64,000 bases of DNA, from NCBI GenBank assembly GCA_044226015.1, contig JBGAHS010000002.1:32001-96000 (forward strand), given 5' to 3'. This DNA comes from Candidatus Obscuribacteraceae bacterium. Lineage in GTDB: Bacteria; Cyanobacteriota; Vampirovibrionia; Obscuribacterales; Obscuribacteraceae. This document shows positions 1 to 9,625 of the stretch, in pieces. Numbering within the stretch: the stretch's first letter is position 1; every line of letters starts with the position of its first letter. Position numbers and translations under genes: made by a program. Below the pieces are notes generated by a model that did no database searches, was not told where the DNA came from, and saw only the letters and a list, made by a program, of their open reading frames with translations.

Positions 1-1458
1 GATTTCTTGATCAAGAAAGACGGTACTGTTGAAATGTTTAGCAACCCGCAGCAAACAAATCAAAAAGAAATCGTTGTTCAATTCGAGAAAGACGGACAAA
101 ATTTTGATCTCACCGATGCACAAAAAGCAGCCGGCGCGAAATTCTATGACTACCTGCAAAGCCAGTTGAAAGCTCAGTTCCCACAGGCAGCAGCTGACGC
201 TTTCAAAGTCGAAGATCAACAAAACTTGCTTCGTTCAACAGACATTCCAAAGGAAGTCAAACAAAATCTGGACAGCAAAGCTGGAGTAAATCCAAGTTCC
301 GGACTGCCAGAAAATGCTGGACCAACAATTAGAGACACAAATAGAATCAGCCGTGGTGGCGCAACTTCTGATGTAAGACGCAGTGATGTCAACGAGATGA
401 CACCACCGGCACAAAGAATTCCAAACGAAGCAGACCGCATGGCTGCGATGAAGGACACCGTTGCAAGCTACGTCACTCGTGGTGAAGCAAAACCATACGA
501 GCATGTCTCTAAGCGCGGTGAGCGCGGCTGGGGTGTTGGTCGTTATGGCATGGACTACAAGCAAGTTTCTAACTGGCTTTCAGGACTAACTGACGAACAA
601 ATTCAAGAACTTATCAAACAAGGTAAGCTCAGTCCACAAGCAGCTGAGAAGCTGCAAAAGATGAGAGACTCTATTTTGAAGGCAAAAGCAAGCGGTAAGG
701 ACACTGACTTGCATCCATTCCTGAAACAAATGAAGGATGGAACCGGCACAGCTGAAGAAATGAAGGCTGGCGTAAAAGAATTCCTTCCAGATAAAGTACA
801 GGAACTTGCGGCAAGCGATCAAATCGCGAAGATCTCCGGTGAACTCTCTGCAGATCAAATCAAACGTGGAGAAAAACCAAGTGTAGACCCTGGTCAAGTT
901 GCCTTGTCTTTCGTGCTCGGACGCAACGTCGGCAAGGAAGAATTCGAAGGAAACCCGGACTACAAACAATTCGTTGAAAGCGCACGTCAGGCGTATCGCC
1001 TGCAAGAACAAGCACGCTTACAGTCAGGCGACATCATCAATGTAGAGAACATGAGCCAGGTTGGCCAGGCTCTCAACAAGATGGTCGGAATGCAGTTCTG
1101 GAGAGAAGCAGCAGGTGCGACCGAATACGGAAACAAGGGTTGCGCAATCGCTGTTACTCGCGCTCTTCAAAGCATGGGCGTAAAAATCGGAACACACCTC
1201 GATGTTACTGGTACGGCTCAAGACATGCGCCAGCGTGGCTGGAAAGAAGTGTCGGTTGCCGAGGCAATTCGCAGCGGGCAGCTCTATGTACCGGTAAACA
1301 AAGAAACCGGAAGCCATATCGGTCTCGGCATCGGCAGACAGATCTGGGAAAACAGCTCATCGCAACGTCAGTTTGTCACTCGCGATGTAAGTGCTTCAAC
1401 CCTGCGCCACAGTGGCAGAGCATTCATCGTGCCGATAGCTGAAACAAACAAAACTTAG
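1..1458 (+). CDS. Large putative peptidoglycan hydrolase, 5'-partial; C-terminal NlpC/P60/CHAP-like Cys-His domain and possible central lysozyme-like domain
   Basis: Frame is open from base 1, so the start probably lies upstream. C-terminal GNKGCAIAV...SHIGLG...WENSSS pattern gives a Cys/His dyad; central GWGVGRYGM resembles the GRYQ lysozyme-like hairpin. Confidence 0.5.
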   Translation, partial: DFLIKKDGTVEMFSNPQQTNQKEIVVQFEKDGQNFDLTDAQKAAGAKFYDYLQSQLKAQFPQAAADAFKVEDQQNLLRSTDIPKEVKQNLDSKAGVNPSSGLPENAGPTIRDTNRISRGGATSDVRRSDVNEMTPPAQRIPNEADRMAAMKDTVASYVTRGEAKPYEHVSKRGERGWGVGRYGMDYKQVSNWLSGLTDEQIQELIKQGKLSPQAAEKLQKMRDSILKAKASGKDTDLHPFLKQMKDGTGTAEEMKAGVKEFLPDKVQELAASDQIAKISGELSADQIKRGEKPSVDPGQVALSFVLGRNVGKEEFEGNPDYKQFVESARQAYRLQEQARLQSGDIINVENMSQVGQALNKMVGMQFWREAAGATEYGNKGCAIAVTRALQSMGVKIGTHLDVTGTAQDMRQRGWKEVSVAEAIRSGQLYVPVNKETGSHIGLGIGRQIWENSSSQRQFVTRDVSASTLRHSGRAFIVPIAETNKT

Positions 1459-1496
1459 TTCAGTATTGAGGCGCAAGCTTGCGCTGCTAATTAGTC

Positions 1497-1531
1497 AAAA
1501 AAAATCGCGACCCTCTCGGATCGCGATTTTT
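1497..1531. terminator. Bidirectional intrinsic terminator
   Basis: AAAAAAAATCGCGA-ccctctcgga-TCGCGATTTTT inverted repeat with A/T tracts on both sides, between convergent genes. Confidence 0.8.
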
Positions 1532-1555
1532 GAATTTTTCGGCGGCTTGCTTACC

Positions 1556-4315
1556 TTATTTTGCAGCAGCTTCTGCTGCCGGTGCATTGTCCAAGGTCTC
1601 CATCTTGAAGCCTGGAAGGATTCCACTTGTGGTGAGCAGATTCTCGCGTATTTTGCGAATGTCTGCACTCTTCAATGAAACATCTCTGTAGATGGTCAAA
1701 AGTTGCATACAGGTGAACAGGCAGAGATTCTTTCTCTTTGCGAACTCACCCATCGATCCGGGGAAGTCTTCATCAGTTCGTTCTTTCGGAGCTCTGTCTG
1801 CAAAAGTGCTAGCAACAAGTATGCCCTTAGGTTCAACGTCATACTTGCCCCAGTAGGTGATGACAGACTCAGCAAGCTCAGCCAGTTCAGAACGATTTGG
1901 TTGAGTCTGCGAGAACACAACTCTAACAATTGCCTGGGTCTTGTCTCCATCACTGAGCCAGACTTCACCAGCACTGGTCTCTGAAATTTTCACAGTCCAG
2001 CCAAGAGCTTCGAATACCTTGCAGCAGGCCTGCGTCAATCTGACGCCAGACAGCGAGAGCAGAGCATCTTTCAACTCACCCAAATTCTGGATGCGATCTT
2101 CTACGTCATTGATTTTTTGTTTTGCTCGGCGCACTTGTTCGTTGAGATCGGTCAACTCAACATGCAATTGCTTGAGTTCGCTGAAGGACACCTTTTGGCA
2201 CCAATCTGGTACGCCAGGACTGCTTATTTCTTGCTCCAATCTCGACATCAGGTCTTTCGCCTCCGGATAATTTGAATCACTTCTGGTTAAATCGCGCTCT
2301 CTCTGCTCTTCGCGCGCTTTCTTTCGAGCTTCCTCTTCTTCTTTGAGTCTCTCAAGCTCTCTCTTCATCTCGCGAGCTTTTTCGCGCTCACGGTCTTCTT
2401 CATAGGCCTTTTCACGCTCGCGCTCTTCCCGCTCTCGGCTAACTTTGCGTTCTTCTTCATCAATACGATCACGCTCACGCTGACGTTCTGCTTCTCTAGT
2501 ACGTTCAGCTTCACGTTCGCGTTCTTCCTCTTCAGCTTTAGCACGGTCGCGCTCTCGTTGACGGTCTTCGCGTTCGCGTTCGAGTGCACGCTCTTCGTCC
2601 CGTAAACGCTCCTTCTCTTCTTCTCTTGCTCTTTCTTCCTTCTCTTTCTCCTCCTTCTCGCGTTGACGAGCAGCTTCCTCTTCTCTTTCTCGAGCTTCTT
2701 TTTCCTCACGCTCTTTTTCGCGTGCACGCTCTTCTTCACGAGCTTTTTCTTCTTCGCGTTTGCGAGATTCTTCTTTGGCAAGCTCTTCTTGACGCTCTGT
2801 TTCTTCCCGCTCTTTGCGTTCTTTTTCGCGTGCTTCTTCTTGCTCACGCTCTTTAGCACGCTCTTCCTCGCGCGTCTTCTCTTCTTCTCGAGCCTTCTCT
2901 TCTTCGCGTTCTTTGCGCTCTTTATCTTTGGCTTTGGCTTCTTCTTCCTCGCGAGCTTTCTCTTCTTCTCGAGCTTTCTCTTCTGCACGAGACTTCTCTT
3001 CTGCACGAGACTTCTCTTCTTCGCGTGCCTTCTCTTCTTCGCGAGACTTCTCTTCTTCGCGTGCCTTTTCTTCCTCGCGCGCCTTTTCTTCCTCGCGCGC
3101 CTTACCCTCACGCGCTTTTTCTTCTTCGCGAGCTTTTTCTCGTTCCTTTTCCTTTTCTTTCTCACGTTCTTTAGCGAACGGAGGAACATCATCTTCTAAC
3201 TCTGGCCAATCGAGAGTGCTCTTCTTCTTTTCACTAACTGTCTGCGGCGATGGCTCGTCAAACAACTTGTTATCATCAAACAATTTATCAGCATCAATCA
3301 ACTTCTTGTTCGAGGCTGGCTCATCAAACAAGTCGTTGTTCTTTGATTCTGCTTTAGCACCGCCGCCTCCAGGGGCGAACAATGCATCAAGGGCGTCAAA
3401 ATCAGATACTCCAGAAGCAGCAGGTTTGTCGTAAGGCACATTCTTTTTCGATGAGTCAGAATCATCAGCGAAGAGATCATCAAGCAAATCTTTTCCTTCG
3501 ATGTCCGGCTCATTATCAGCATCTTTGCCTGCATCAGCTTTTTCTGGTTCCTTAGCAGCTTCTTTTGCTGGCGCTTCATCAACGATTTCTTCATCAGCTT
3601 TATCAGCGTCAGGACCCGTTCTCAGCTCTTGCCACTTGAGTATGCAATCTTTTAGAAGATCATCAGATTTGGTGTCATAAGGTGCCGGCAAAAATACCAC
3701 CTGTCCGCGTTTCGGTCCAGATGATTTGACAGCAGCAACAACTTTATCATCAGCCAGAGCTATGGCTGCATATCCATCACTGAGCTGATCTTTCTTGATA
3801 TAGGTACTCGACTCGTGTCCGTACTGTTCAAGATATGATGCGAACACATTACGCTTGCCTCTACCTGTAAGGCTTGCATTTTTAGTAGCTGAATTGTTAA
3901 TAACTCGCTCGTTGCCATCGCCTTTATCTGGGCAACATTCATAAAGCCAGAGATAATTGTCCATCGACAACGAAGCACCACCCACGGTGAATGGTGGCGC
4001 CAGGAAGAAAACCAATAGTCCACCTTTGGAGAGAAACTGTCTTAGCTCATGTTCTCTCAATTCCAATTCAGCACTAATAGATTCCAGGGTTGAGTCAGAA
4101 TCTAATTTGAGATTGTTTGCACCATCGCCAATGAGCTTATCTACCTGTTTTGCAGTGTCAGACTTTGGCTCAAACAAATGGATGATACTTGTCGGATTGA
4201 TGACAATTACATCGTACATCGCAAGGGGTTTTGCCTCCCCTAACGGAAGTGTCGATGAAACTCCCCAACCCGGGCAGTTAACCCTAAGAACCTTGTCAGC
4301 AGCTAAGTTACTCAT
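1556..4315 (-). CDS. About 920 aa protein: N-terminal globular domain, acidic linker, long E/R/K charged helix, coiled coil, C-terminal degenerate restriction-endonuclease-like domain
   Basis: ORF 1556..4486; ATG at 4315 is preceded by AGGA and the further upstream part overlaps a terminator. REEEKA repeats; C-terminal VFEALGWTV...PKGILVASTF. Confidence 0.7.
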   Translation of the reverse strand: MSNLAADKVLRVNCPGWGVSSTLPLGEAKPLAMYDVIVINPTSIIHLFEPKSDTAKQVDKLIGDGANNLKLDSDSTLESISAELELREHELRQFLSKGGLLVFFLAPPFTVGGASLSMDNYLWLYECCPDKGDGNERVINNSATKNASLTGRGKRNVFASYLEQYGHESSTYIKKDQLSDGYAAIALADDKVVAAVKSSGPKRGQVVFLPAPYDTKSDDLLKDCILKWQELRTGPDADKADEEIVDEAPAKEAAKEPEKADAGKDADNEPDIEGKDLLDDLFADDSDSSKKNVPYDKPAASGVSDFDALDALFAPGGGGAKAESKNNDLFDEPASNKKLIDADKLFDDNKLFDEPSPQTVSEKKKSTLDWPELEDDVPPFAKEREKEKEKEREKAREEEKAREGKAREEEKAREEEKAREEEKSREEEKAREEEKSRAEEKSRAEEKAREEEKAREEEEAKAKDKERKEREEEKAREEEKTREEERAKEREQEEAREKERKEREETERQEELAKEESRKREEEKAREEERAREKEREEKEAREREEEAARQREKEEKEKEERAREEEKERLRDEERALEREREDRQRERDRAKAEEEEREREAERTREAERQRERDRIDEEERKVSREREEREREKAYEEDREREKAREMKRELERLKEEEEARKKAREEQRERDLTRSDSNYPEAKDLMSRLEQEISSPGVPDWCQKVSFSELKQLHVELTDLNEQVRRAKQKINDVEDRIQNLGELKDALLSLSGVRLTQACCKVFEALGWTVKISETSAGEVWLSDGDKTQAIVRVVFSQTQPNRSELAELAESVITYWGKYDVEPKGILVASTFADRAPKERTDEDFPGSMGEFAKRKNLCLFTCMQLLTIYRDVSLKSADIRKIRENLLTTSGILPGFKMETLDNAPAAEAAAK
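2945..3142 (-). repeat. Coding 18-bp imperfect tandem repeat, about 11 units encoding R(E/A)EEK(A/S)
   Basis: Repeated cgcgaagaagagaaggca-like units; protein REEEKA/RAEEKS repeats. Confidence 0.85.
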
Positions 4316-4478
4316 AAATCCTATCCTTCGTTCAACCCTCGGAGCGGATAAACAACGCCCATCCATTGAGAGATATACCCAATGACAATTGAGCATCTCG
4401 CTTATTTGGACAATTAGATTAAATTTTGGGTTATCAAGAGGATCCTGAGCCCAGCTTGCTGACTTTGGCAGTCGCATT

Positions 4479-4515
4479 AAAAACAAAAAGAGACGTAGCC
4501 CTTCCGAACTACGTC
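4479..4515 (-). terminator. Intrinsic terminator of the 4574..4978 gene
   Basis: GACGTAG...CTACGTC stem followed on the minus strand by TCTTTTTGTTTTT. Confidence 0.6.
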
Positions 4516-4573
4516 ACTAATTTCTATTCAGATGCCTACTTATTGATCCAACAAGAGCAATTAATAAGAACCC

Positions 4574-4978
4574 TTATTTATCAGCATCGATTTCAGCGAG
4601 ACTGAAAGAAGCCTGGCTGAATGGTTTGTCCAAGCCGTGAACTAAAGCGTTCTTCGGACCGTAGTAAAGACCTTCACCGACTCCAACTATTGTTCCAAAT
4701 GGAACTGATGCAATGCTAGCGAACAAGTTTGGTGGAAAATCTTCTTTGCCACCAATGTTGTCAGCGAATGTTCCTGTGAACTCACGAATGCGAACTGCAA
4801 CTTGTCTGGTTACTGCAATTGGAGTTCCAACAACCGCTGCGCTACCGATTGCTACTGCTTTCAAAGGAAACATAGCTGTATTTTTAGCCATGTCGTTAAC
4901 GCTGTCAGCTTGAGCTGGCAGAGCTGCAAAAGCGCTTATTAATAAACTAGCAGCCAATATTGCTTTTTGATTCTTCAC
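4574..4978 (-). CDS. Small exported hypothetical protein
   Basis: GTG start with GGAGG RBS; Sec signal ending PAQA; Gly/Ala-rich helices. Confidence 0.75.
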   Translation of the reverse strand: MKNQKAILAASLLISAFAALPAQADSVNDMAKNTAMFPLKAVAIGSAAVVGTPIAVTRQVAVRIREFTGTFADNIGGKEDFPPNLFASIASVPFGTIVGVGEGLYYGPKNALVHGLDKPFSQASFSLAEIDADK

Positions 4979-5172
4979 TTCAAGACCTCCAAGTCCCTTG
5001 CCTGAGCTAAATGTTTCAAAGAGTGATATTTAGTAAAACCGCACACCTTCTGATAAAAAGGGGCTTGCATATCAAAACCGAAGTCATATTAGCACCGCAT
5101 CACAAGATACACAAACGAGAATTCCGGTAAAATCAAAAAAATAGACGAGAGTCCCAGTTTTAGGACACAGAG

Positions 5173-6378
5173 ATGTTAAAGCCAGGTTCAAATTATCACC
5201 GCAAGGGATTCGGGCTCAAGGATTCCATTAAGGAAGAATTGAGTAGGGAGTATGAGTCTGAACTCATCAGCTATATCAGACAGAACAACAACGAAGTAAA
5301 GAGGGGTGAGCTCACAATTCGCCTTGCCCAAGCATTCGGATTCTGCTGGGGAGTTGATAGAGCCGTTTCCATGGCATATGAAACTCGCAAGCAATTCCCT
5401 CAGCACAGCATTTGGATTACAAATGAAATCATTCACAATCCACTGGTGAATGAGAATCTACGTCGAATGAATATTCGTTTCATCGATCAAGACAGTGATG
5501 GTAAAAAAGATTTCTCGGAAATTAAAGAGGGTGACGTAGTTCTTCTTCCAGCTTTTGGGGCGTCCGTTCAAGAACTCGATCTGCTAGCTGCGATGAATTG
5601 CCAAATTGTGGACACTACCTGTCCCTGGGTTTCCCGAGTTTGGAACAGAGTTGATAAGTACAAACGCTCAGATTTCACAAGCATTATTCACGGCAAATAC
5701 AAGCACGAGGAAACAATCGCAACTTCCTCCAGAGCCGAACACTACCTCATAGTTCAAGACCTTGCAGAAGCGAAATGGGTAAGCAACTTCATCCTGAACA
5801 GCGGCTCTAGCGAAGCATTTCTCAGCAAATTCAAAAGCGCAGTTTCAAAAGGATTCGATCCCGAAAAGCATCTTGCCAGACTTGGCGTAGCAAACCAGAC
5901 TACGATGCTGAAAGGCGAGACTGAACAAATCGGCAAATTGATTGAACAGACGATGCTGAAAAAATATGGCGCCGCCAAATTAGCAGAACATTTTCTCAGC
6001 CCGGGCGATACCATATGTGATGCCACACAAGAGCGCCAGGATGCCATGCAACAGCTAATTGCTGATGACCTGAACCTTTATGTGATAATTGGCGGATACA
6101 ACTCTTCCAACACTGGTCACTTGCACGAAATGACCATTGCAAGCGGAAAGCCATCGTTTCACATTGATGGTCCAGATTGCATTTTGCCTGATAACACTAT
6201 TCGCCATAAACATGCACACAGCTCTGAAGAGAGCGTAAGCCCTTTTCTTCCAACGGAAGGACAACTGCTCATCGGTGTCAGCGCTGGCGCGTCAACGCCA
6301 GATCAGGTAGTGGCAGAAGTGATAGAAAGAATCTTTGCACTGCGCAAAGACAGTGTTGAAGCAACGAACGTTCAATAA
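5173..6378 (+). CDS. ispH: 4-hydroxy-3-methylbut-2-enyl diphosphate reductase, long cyanobacterial/plastid type
   Basis: FGFCWGVDRA, EIIHNP, DTTCPWV, NQTTM, TICDATQERQ, SSNT, AGASTP motifs; three Fe-S cysteines. Confidence 0.97.
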   Translation: MLKPGSNYHRKGFGLKDSIKEELSREYESELISYIRQNNNEVKRGELTIRLAQAFGFCWGVDRAVSMAYETRKQFPQHSIWITNEIIHNPLVNENLRRMNIRFIDQDSDGKKDFSEIKEGDVVLLPAFGASVQELDLLAAMNCQIVDTTCPWVSRVWNRVDKYKRSDFTSIIHGKYKHEETIATSSRAEHYLIVQDLAEAKWVSNFILNSGSSEAFLSKFKSAVSKGFDPEKHLARLGVANQTTMLKGETEQIGKLIEQTMLKKYGAAKLAEHFLSPGDTICDATQERQDAMQQLIADDLNLYVIIGGYNSSNTGHLHEMTIASGKPSFHIDGPDCILPDNTIRHKHAHSSEESVSPFLPTEGQLLIGVSAGASTPDQVVAEVIERIFALRKDSVEATNVQ

Positions 6379-6397
6379 AAGGGAATGGAGCGCGCGA

Positions 6398-7120
6398 ATG
6401 AATGAGCCTCGGTCTGCTGCACTCGTGACAGCCGGTGCTAAACGTATTGGCAGAGCACTGTGTCTCAGACTCGCCAGCATAGGGTTCGACATTGCATTAC
6501 ACTACAACCAATCAGAACAAGATGCAAAAAAAACCGCAGCGGAAATAGAGGCGCTGGGTCGAAAATGCACACTGTTAAAAGCAGACCTTCGCAAACGCGA
6601 AGAGGTAGCAAACATGTTTGAGCAAGCGTTCGACGCCTTCCCGCAGCTCAACGTGTTGATCAATAATGCATCTATTTGGAATTCAAAATCTCTGTTAGAG
6701 TCAAGTTATGAAGACTTCAATGAAAACTTCCAGGTTCATGTTGAAGCTCCATATTTCTTGATTCGTGACTTTGCTCGGAAAGTAAACGACGGCACTATCA
6801 TAAATATTCTAGATAGCAATGTAGTGAAATCTACAACAGCCCACTTTCCATATTTACTTAGCAAGAAAGCGCTCTACGAACTCACAATGCTCGCTGCAAC
6901 AGAACTGGCGCCCAAAATTCGCGTCAATGCGATAGCACCAGGGGCGGTACTAGTTCCTGAAGATGAGAGAAAAGACAAGTACGCAGCAAAATTTGCTGAC
7001 AATCCCCTTTCCCGCCCAGGAAGCCCCGAAGATGTGGCAGACACATTGGAGTTCCTCGTGAAAAGTAAACACATAACGGGTGAGTGCATTTTTCTTTCCG
7101 CGGGAAAACATCTGATTTAG
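6398..7120 (+). CDS. Short-chain dehydrogenase, pteridine reductase/FolM-like
   Basis: TAGAKRIG, ALHYN, NNAS, YLLSK, RVNAIAPG; ATG at 6398 after GGAG. Confidence 0.85.
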   Translation: MNEPRSAALVTAGAKRIGRALCLRLASIGFDIALHYNQSEQDAKKTAAEIEALGRKCTLLKADLRKREEVANMFEQAFDAFPQLNVLINNASIWNSKSLLESSYEDFNENFQVHVEAPYFLIRDFARKVNDGTIINILDSNVVKSTTAHFPYLLSKKALYELTMLAATELAPKIRVNAIAPGAVLVPEDERKDKYAAKFADNPLSRPGSPEDVADTLEFLVKSKHITGECIFLSAGKHLI

Positions 7121-7188
7121 CGGACAACAGCGCAAGCTTCCCGCAATCTCCGATCAGCGCTCGCCGCAGCAATTGTCTTTAGTCTAGA

Positions 7189-8295
7189 TTACTTCGTCTT
7201 TTTATCTAAGCCAGAAAGCGCTTCCGAGGCTGGCGTGTAATTAGGTTTCTTTTCCAGGACTTTCTTGAGCTCAGCTTTTGCTTCATCTTTACGCTGCTGA
7301 TTCTCCAGAAACTTCGCGTATGCAGTGCGAACGCGTTCATCATCTGGACTTACCTTCAACGCAGTCTTGTACTGTTCTTCAGCACCTGAAAGGTCGTTCT
7401 TCTTCACCAGTAGTTCTGCCAATCTGACGTAAGCCGGCATAAAGATTGGATAGTCTTTGATTGCCTTTCGCTCGCAAGCTATACCTTCATCAATTTTGCC
7501 GTCTTTCTCGGCCACTGCCCAGCCATAACCGCTCATAGCGACAGGATGTCCCTTCGCTCTTGCCAACACCGATTTGAAAGGTGGAATAGCATCAGCAGCG
7601 TTCCCTGAATCTACCAAAATATTTCCCAGAGCAAGCTGCGAATCAATTTGCTCAGAGTCTTTGCTTGCAAACTGAACCGCCTGCATTGCTTCATTCAGCG
7701 CATCGCGATAGTTTCTATTCGTGGACAAAAGCAAGGCCAGTTTCATATGAGCATCACAGCCTTTGGGTTTAATTTCGATGGCTTTTTTCAATTCCGCCAT
7801 CGCCTCGTCTCCCTTACCAGACGCCATATATGCGATGCCGAGGTCGCGATGGGCACCATAACTTGTTGGTTTCAGTTCTACGGCTTCTTTTAGAATGGCG
7901 ATAGAATCGGCGCCTTTGTTTTGATTCGCGTAAATATGACCAAGAATAATGCGGGCACCGAAAGACTTAGGGTCAAGCTTAAGTGCTTGTTTTTCCTCAA
8001 GAATTGCTGTTTCGTAATCTTCCTTTTCAGCCAACGCAGCCAGAGATGCCCCTAACTGCATATGCGCTTGCGAATTATCAGGGTTTGTTCTGATGATTTC
8101 GCGCAAGAGATCTGCTGCGGCTTGCGCCTTACCACCTTGCATGAGCGCATCTGCCTTTGCCAACTGCTTGCTTGGGTCTTCCGCAGCAAAGCCACTTTGC
8201 ACCGCACCAAAGCTCAGAGTCAAAACTGTCGAGAGTCCCAGGAATCTGCCAAAGTCTTTGCGCATTCGAATTTCCGCCTCTTGTTTTCCATCCAT
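7189..8295 (-). CDS. Exported tetratricopeptide-repeat protein
   Basis: Signal peptide followed by multiple TPR units (AHMQLG, AHRDLG, ALKLDP, AIEIKP). Confidence 0.85.
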   Translation of the reverse strand: MDGKQEAEIRMRKDFGRFLGLSTVLTLSFGAVQSGFAAEDPSKQLAKADALMQGGKAQAAADLLREIIRTNPDNSQAHMQLGASLAALAEKEDYETAILEEKQALKLDPKSFGARIILGHIYANQNKGADSIAILKEAVELKPTSYGAHRDLGIAYMASGKGDEAMAELKKAIEIKPKGCDAHMKLALLLSTNRNYRDALNEAMQAVQFASKDSEQIDSQLALGNILVDSGNAADAIPPFKSVLARAKGHPVAMSGYGWAVAEKDGKIDEGIACERKAIKDYPIFMPAYVRLAELLVKKNDLSGAEEQYKTALKVSPDDERVRTAYAKFLENQQRKDEAKAELKKVLEKKPNYTPASEALSGLDKKTK

Positions 8296-8443
8296 TCTTC
8301 AGCTCTTAATCAACGCCTTGACACGCTAAATTGAGCTTGCAGTGTGCGATACTATCAGAACTTTGCACAGCAAAGACAAACTGTCTTTCATAAAGACTAA
8401 ACCCTTGCGTCCATGGCAGTTTAACGACTCAGAGCATAGAACC

Positions 8444-9532
8444 TTGGCAGAACAGATAACAAACAAAAGTGCATGCATCGCAGACAATGCAGCCCAAAAC
8501 GCAGAACTGCACGACAGCCCTTTCATGAAAGCATGCAGACGCGAAAAAACGCCATACACACCGATCTGGTTGATGCGGCAAGCTGGTCGTTACATGAAAG
8601 AATTTCGGGACATCCGAGCAAAAGTTAGCTTCCTAGAGCTTTGCAAAAATCCTGAGCTTTGTTGCGAAGTAACAGTATTTGCACAGGAATGCCTGGGTGT
8701 TGATGCGGCGATCATCTTCGCTGACATCTTGCTTCCACTTGATGCACTGGGTGTAGGACTCGATTATGTAAAAGGCGAAGGTCCCGTAATAGCAAGACCG
8801 TTTAGAAGCGAAGAAGACTTAAAAGCATTACCAGATTTGAACGCAGCAGAGTCACTCGGCTACGTAATGAAGGCAATCTCTCTAACAAGAAGTGCACTAA
8901 AAAACAACATTCCTCTTTTGGGATTTGCAGCATGCCCATTTACATTGGCTTCTTACTTGATTGAGGGCGGGAGTTCACGTAATTACGAGAATGCAAAAGC
9001 TATGATGTATAGCCGCCCGGAACTCTGGAATGCTTTGATGGACAAGCTTGTACCGCTGAGCATAGACTACTTGAATGCCCAGATCGCAGCAGGTGCGCAA
9101 GCCGTGCAACTATTCGACAGCTGGGTTGGCTGCCTGTCGCCAGCTGATTATGAACGTTACGTTTTTGCACATACGAAGCGAATGATCGAAGGCATTAATC
9201 CGAATACTCCAGTAATCCACTTTGGAACAGGCAACACAACATTGCTACCATTGATGAAGTCTGCAGGTGGCCAGGTGATCGGATTAGACTGGCGCGTAGA
9301 CCTTGCTCAAACATGGAATTCACTTGGCGACGTAGCAGTTCAAGGTAATATGGACCCCTGTGTTTTGTTTTCGGGACGCGACTTCATTAAGTCAGAACTC
9401 AACAAGTTAATGAGCAGTGTTCAAGGCCGAAACGGTCATATATTCAACCTCGGGCACGGGGTTTTGCCGGGCACACCGGTTGACAATGTTAAACACCTAG
9501 TGGATCTTGTTCACGGAATCAAGGAAAATTAA
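8444..9532 (+). CDS. hemE: Uroporphyrinogen decarboxylase (start uncertain; ORF open from 8342)
   Basis: PIWLMRQAGRY, DAAIIFADIL, QLFDSW, QGNMDP, HIFNLGHGV. Confidence 0.97.
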   Translation: MAEQITNKSACIADNAAQNAELHDSPFMKACRREKTPYTPIWLMRQAGRYMKEFRDIRAKVSFLELCKNPELCCEVTVFAQECLGVDAAIIFADILLPLDALGVGLDYVKGEGPVIARPFRSEEDLKALPDLNAAESLGYVMKAISLTRSALKNNIPLLGFAACPFTLASYLIEGGSSRNYENAKAMMYSRPELWNALMDKLVPLSIDYLNAQIAAGAQAVQLFDSWVGCLSPADYERYVFAHTKRMIEGINPNTPVIHFGTGNTTLLPLMKSAGGQVIGLDWRVDLAQTWNSLGDVAVQGNMDPCVLFSGRDFIKSELNKLMSSVQGRNGHIFNLGHGVLPGTPVDNVKHLVDLVHGIKEN

Positions 9533-9625
9533 GTAATTGCGCGAAGCTGGTAAATTTGAAGGGTATAGATCAGAGGGTGAAAGCGGGAGTATACGTTGGT
9601 ATTCGGCGGCGGTCTGTCAATCAAA

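Noticed and set aside
2365..3434. Long alternative-frame ORFs (275, 178, 206 aa) rich in K/R, F/L or S/R
   Set aside because: Shadows of the 18-bp E/R/K coding repeat, which lacks stops in other frames
4316..4486. N-terminal extension of the 976-aa ORF
   Set aside because: Overlaps the upstream terminator; the ATG at 4315 has an RBS
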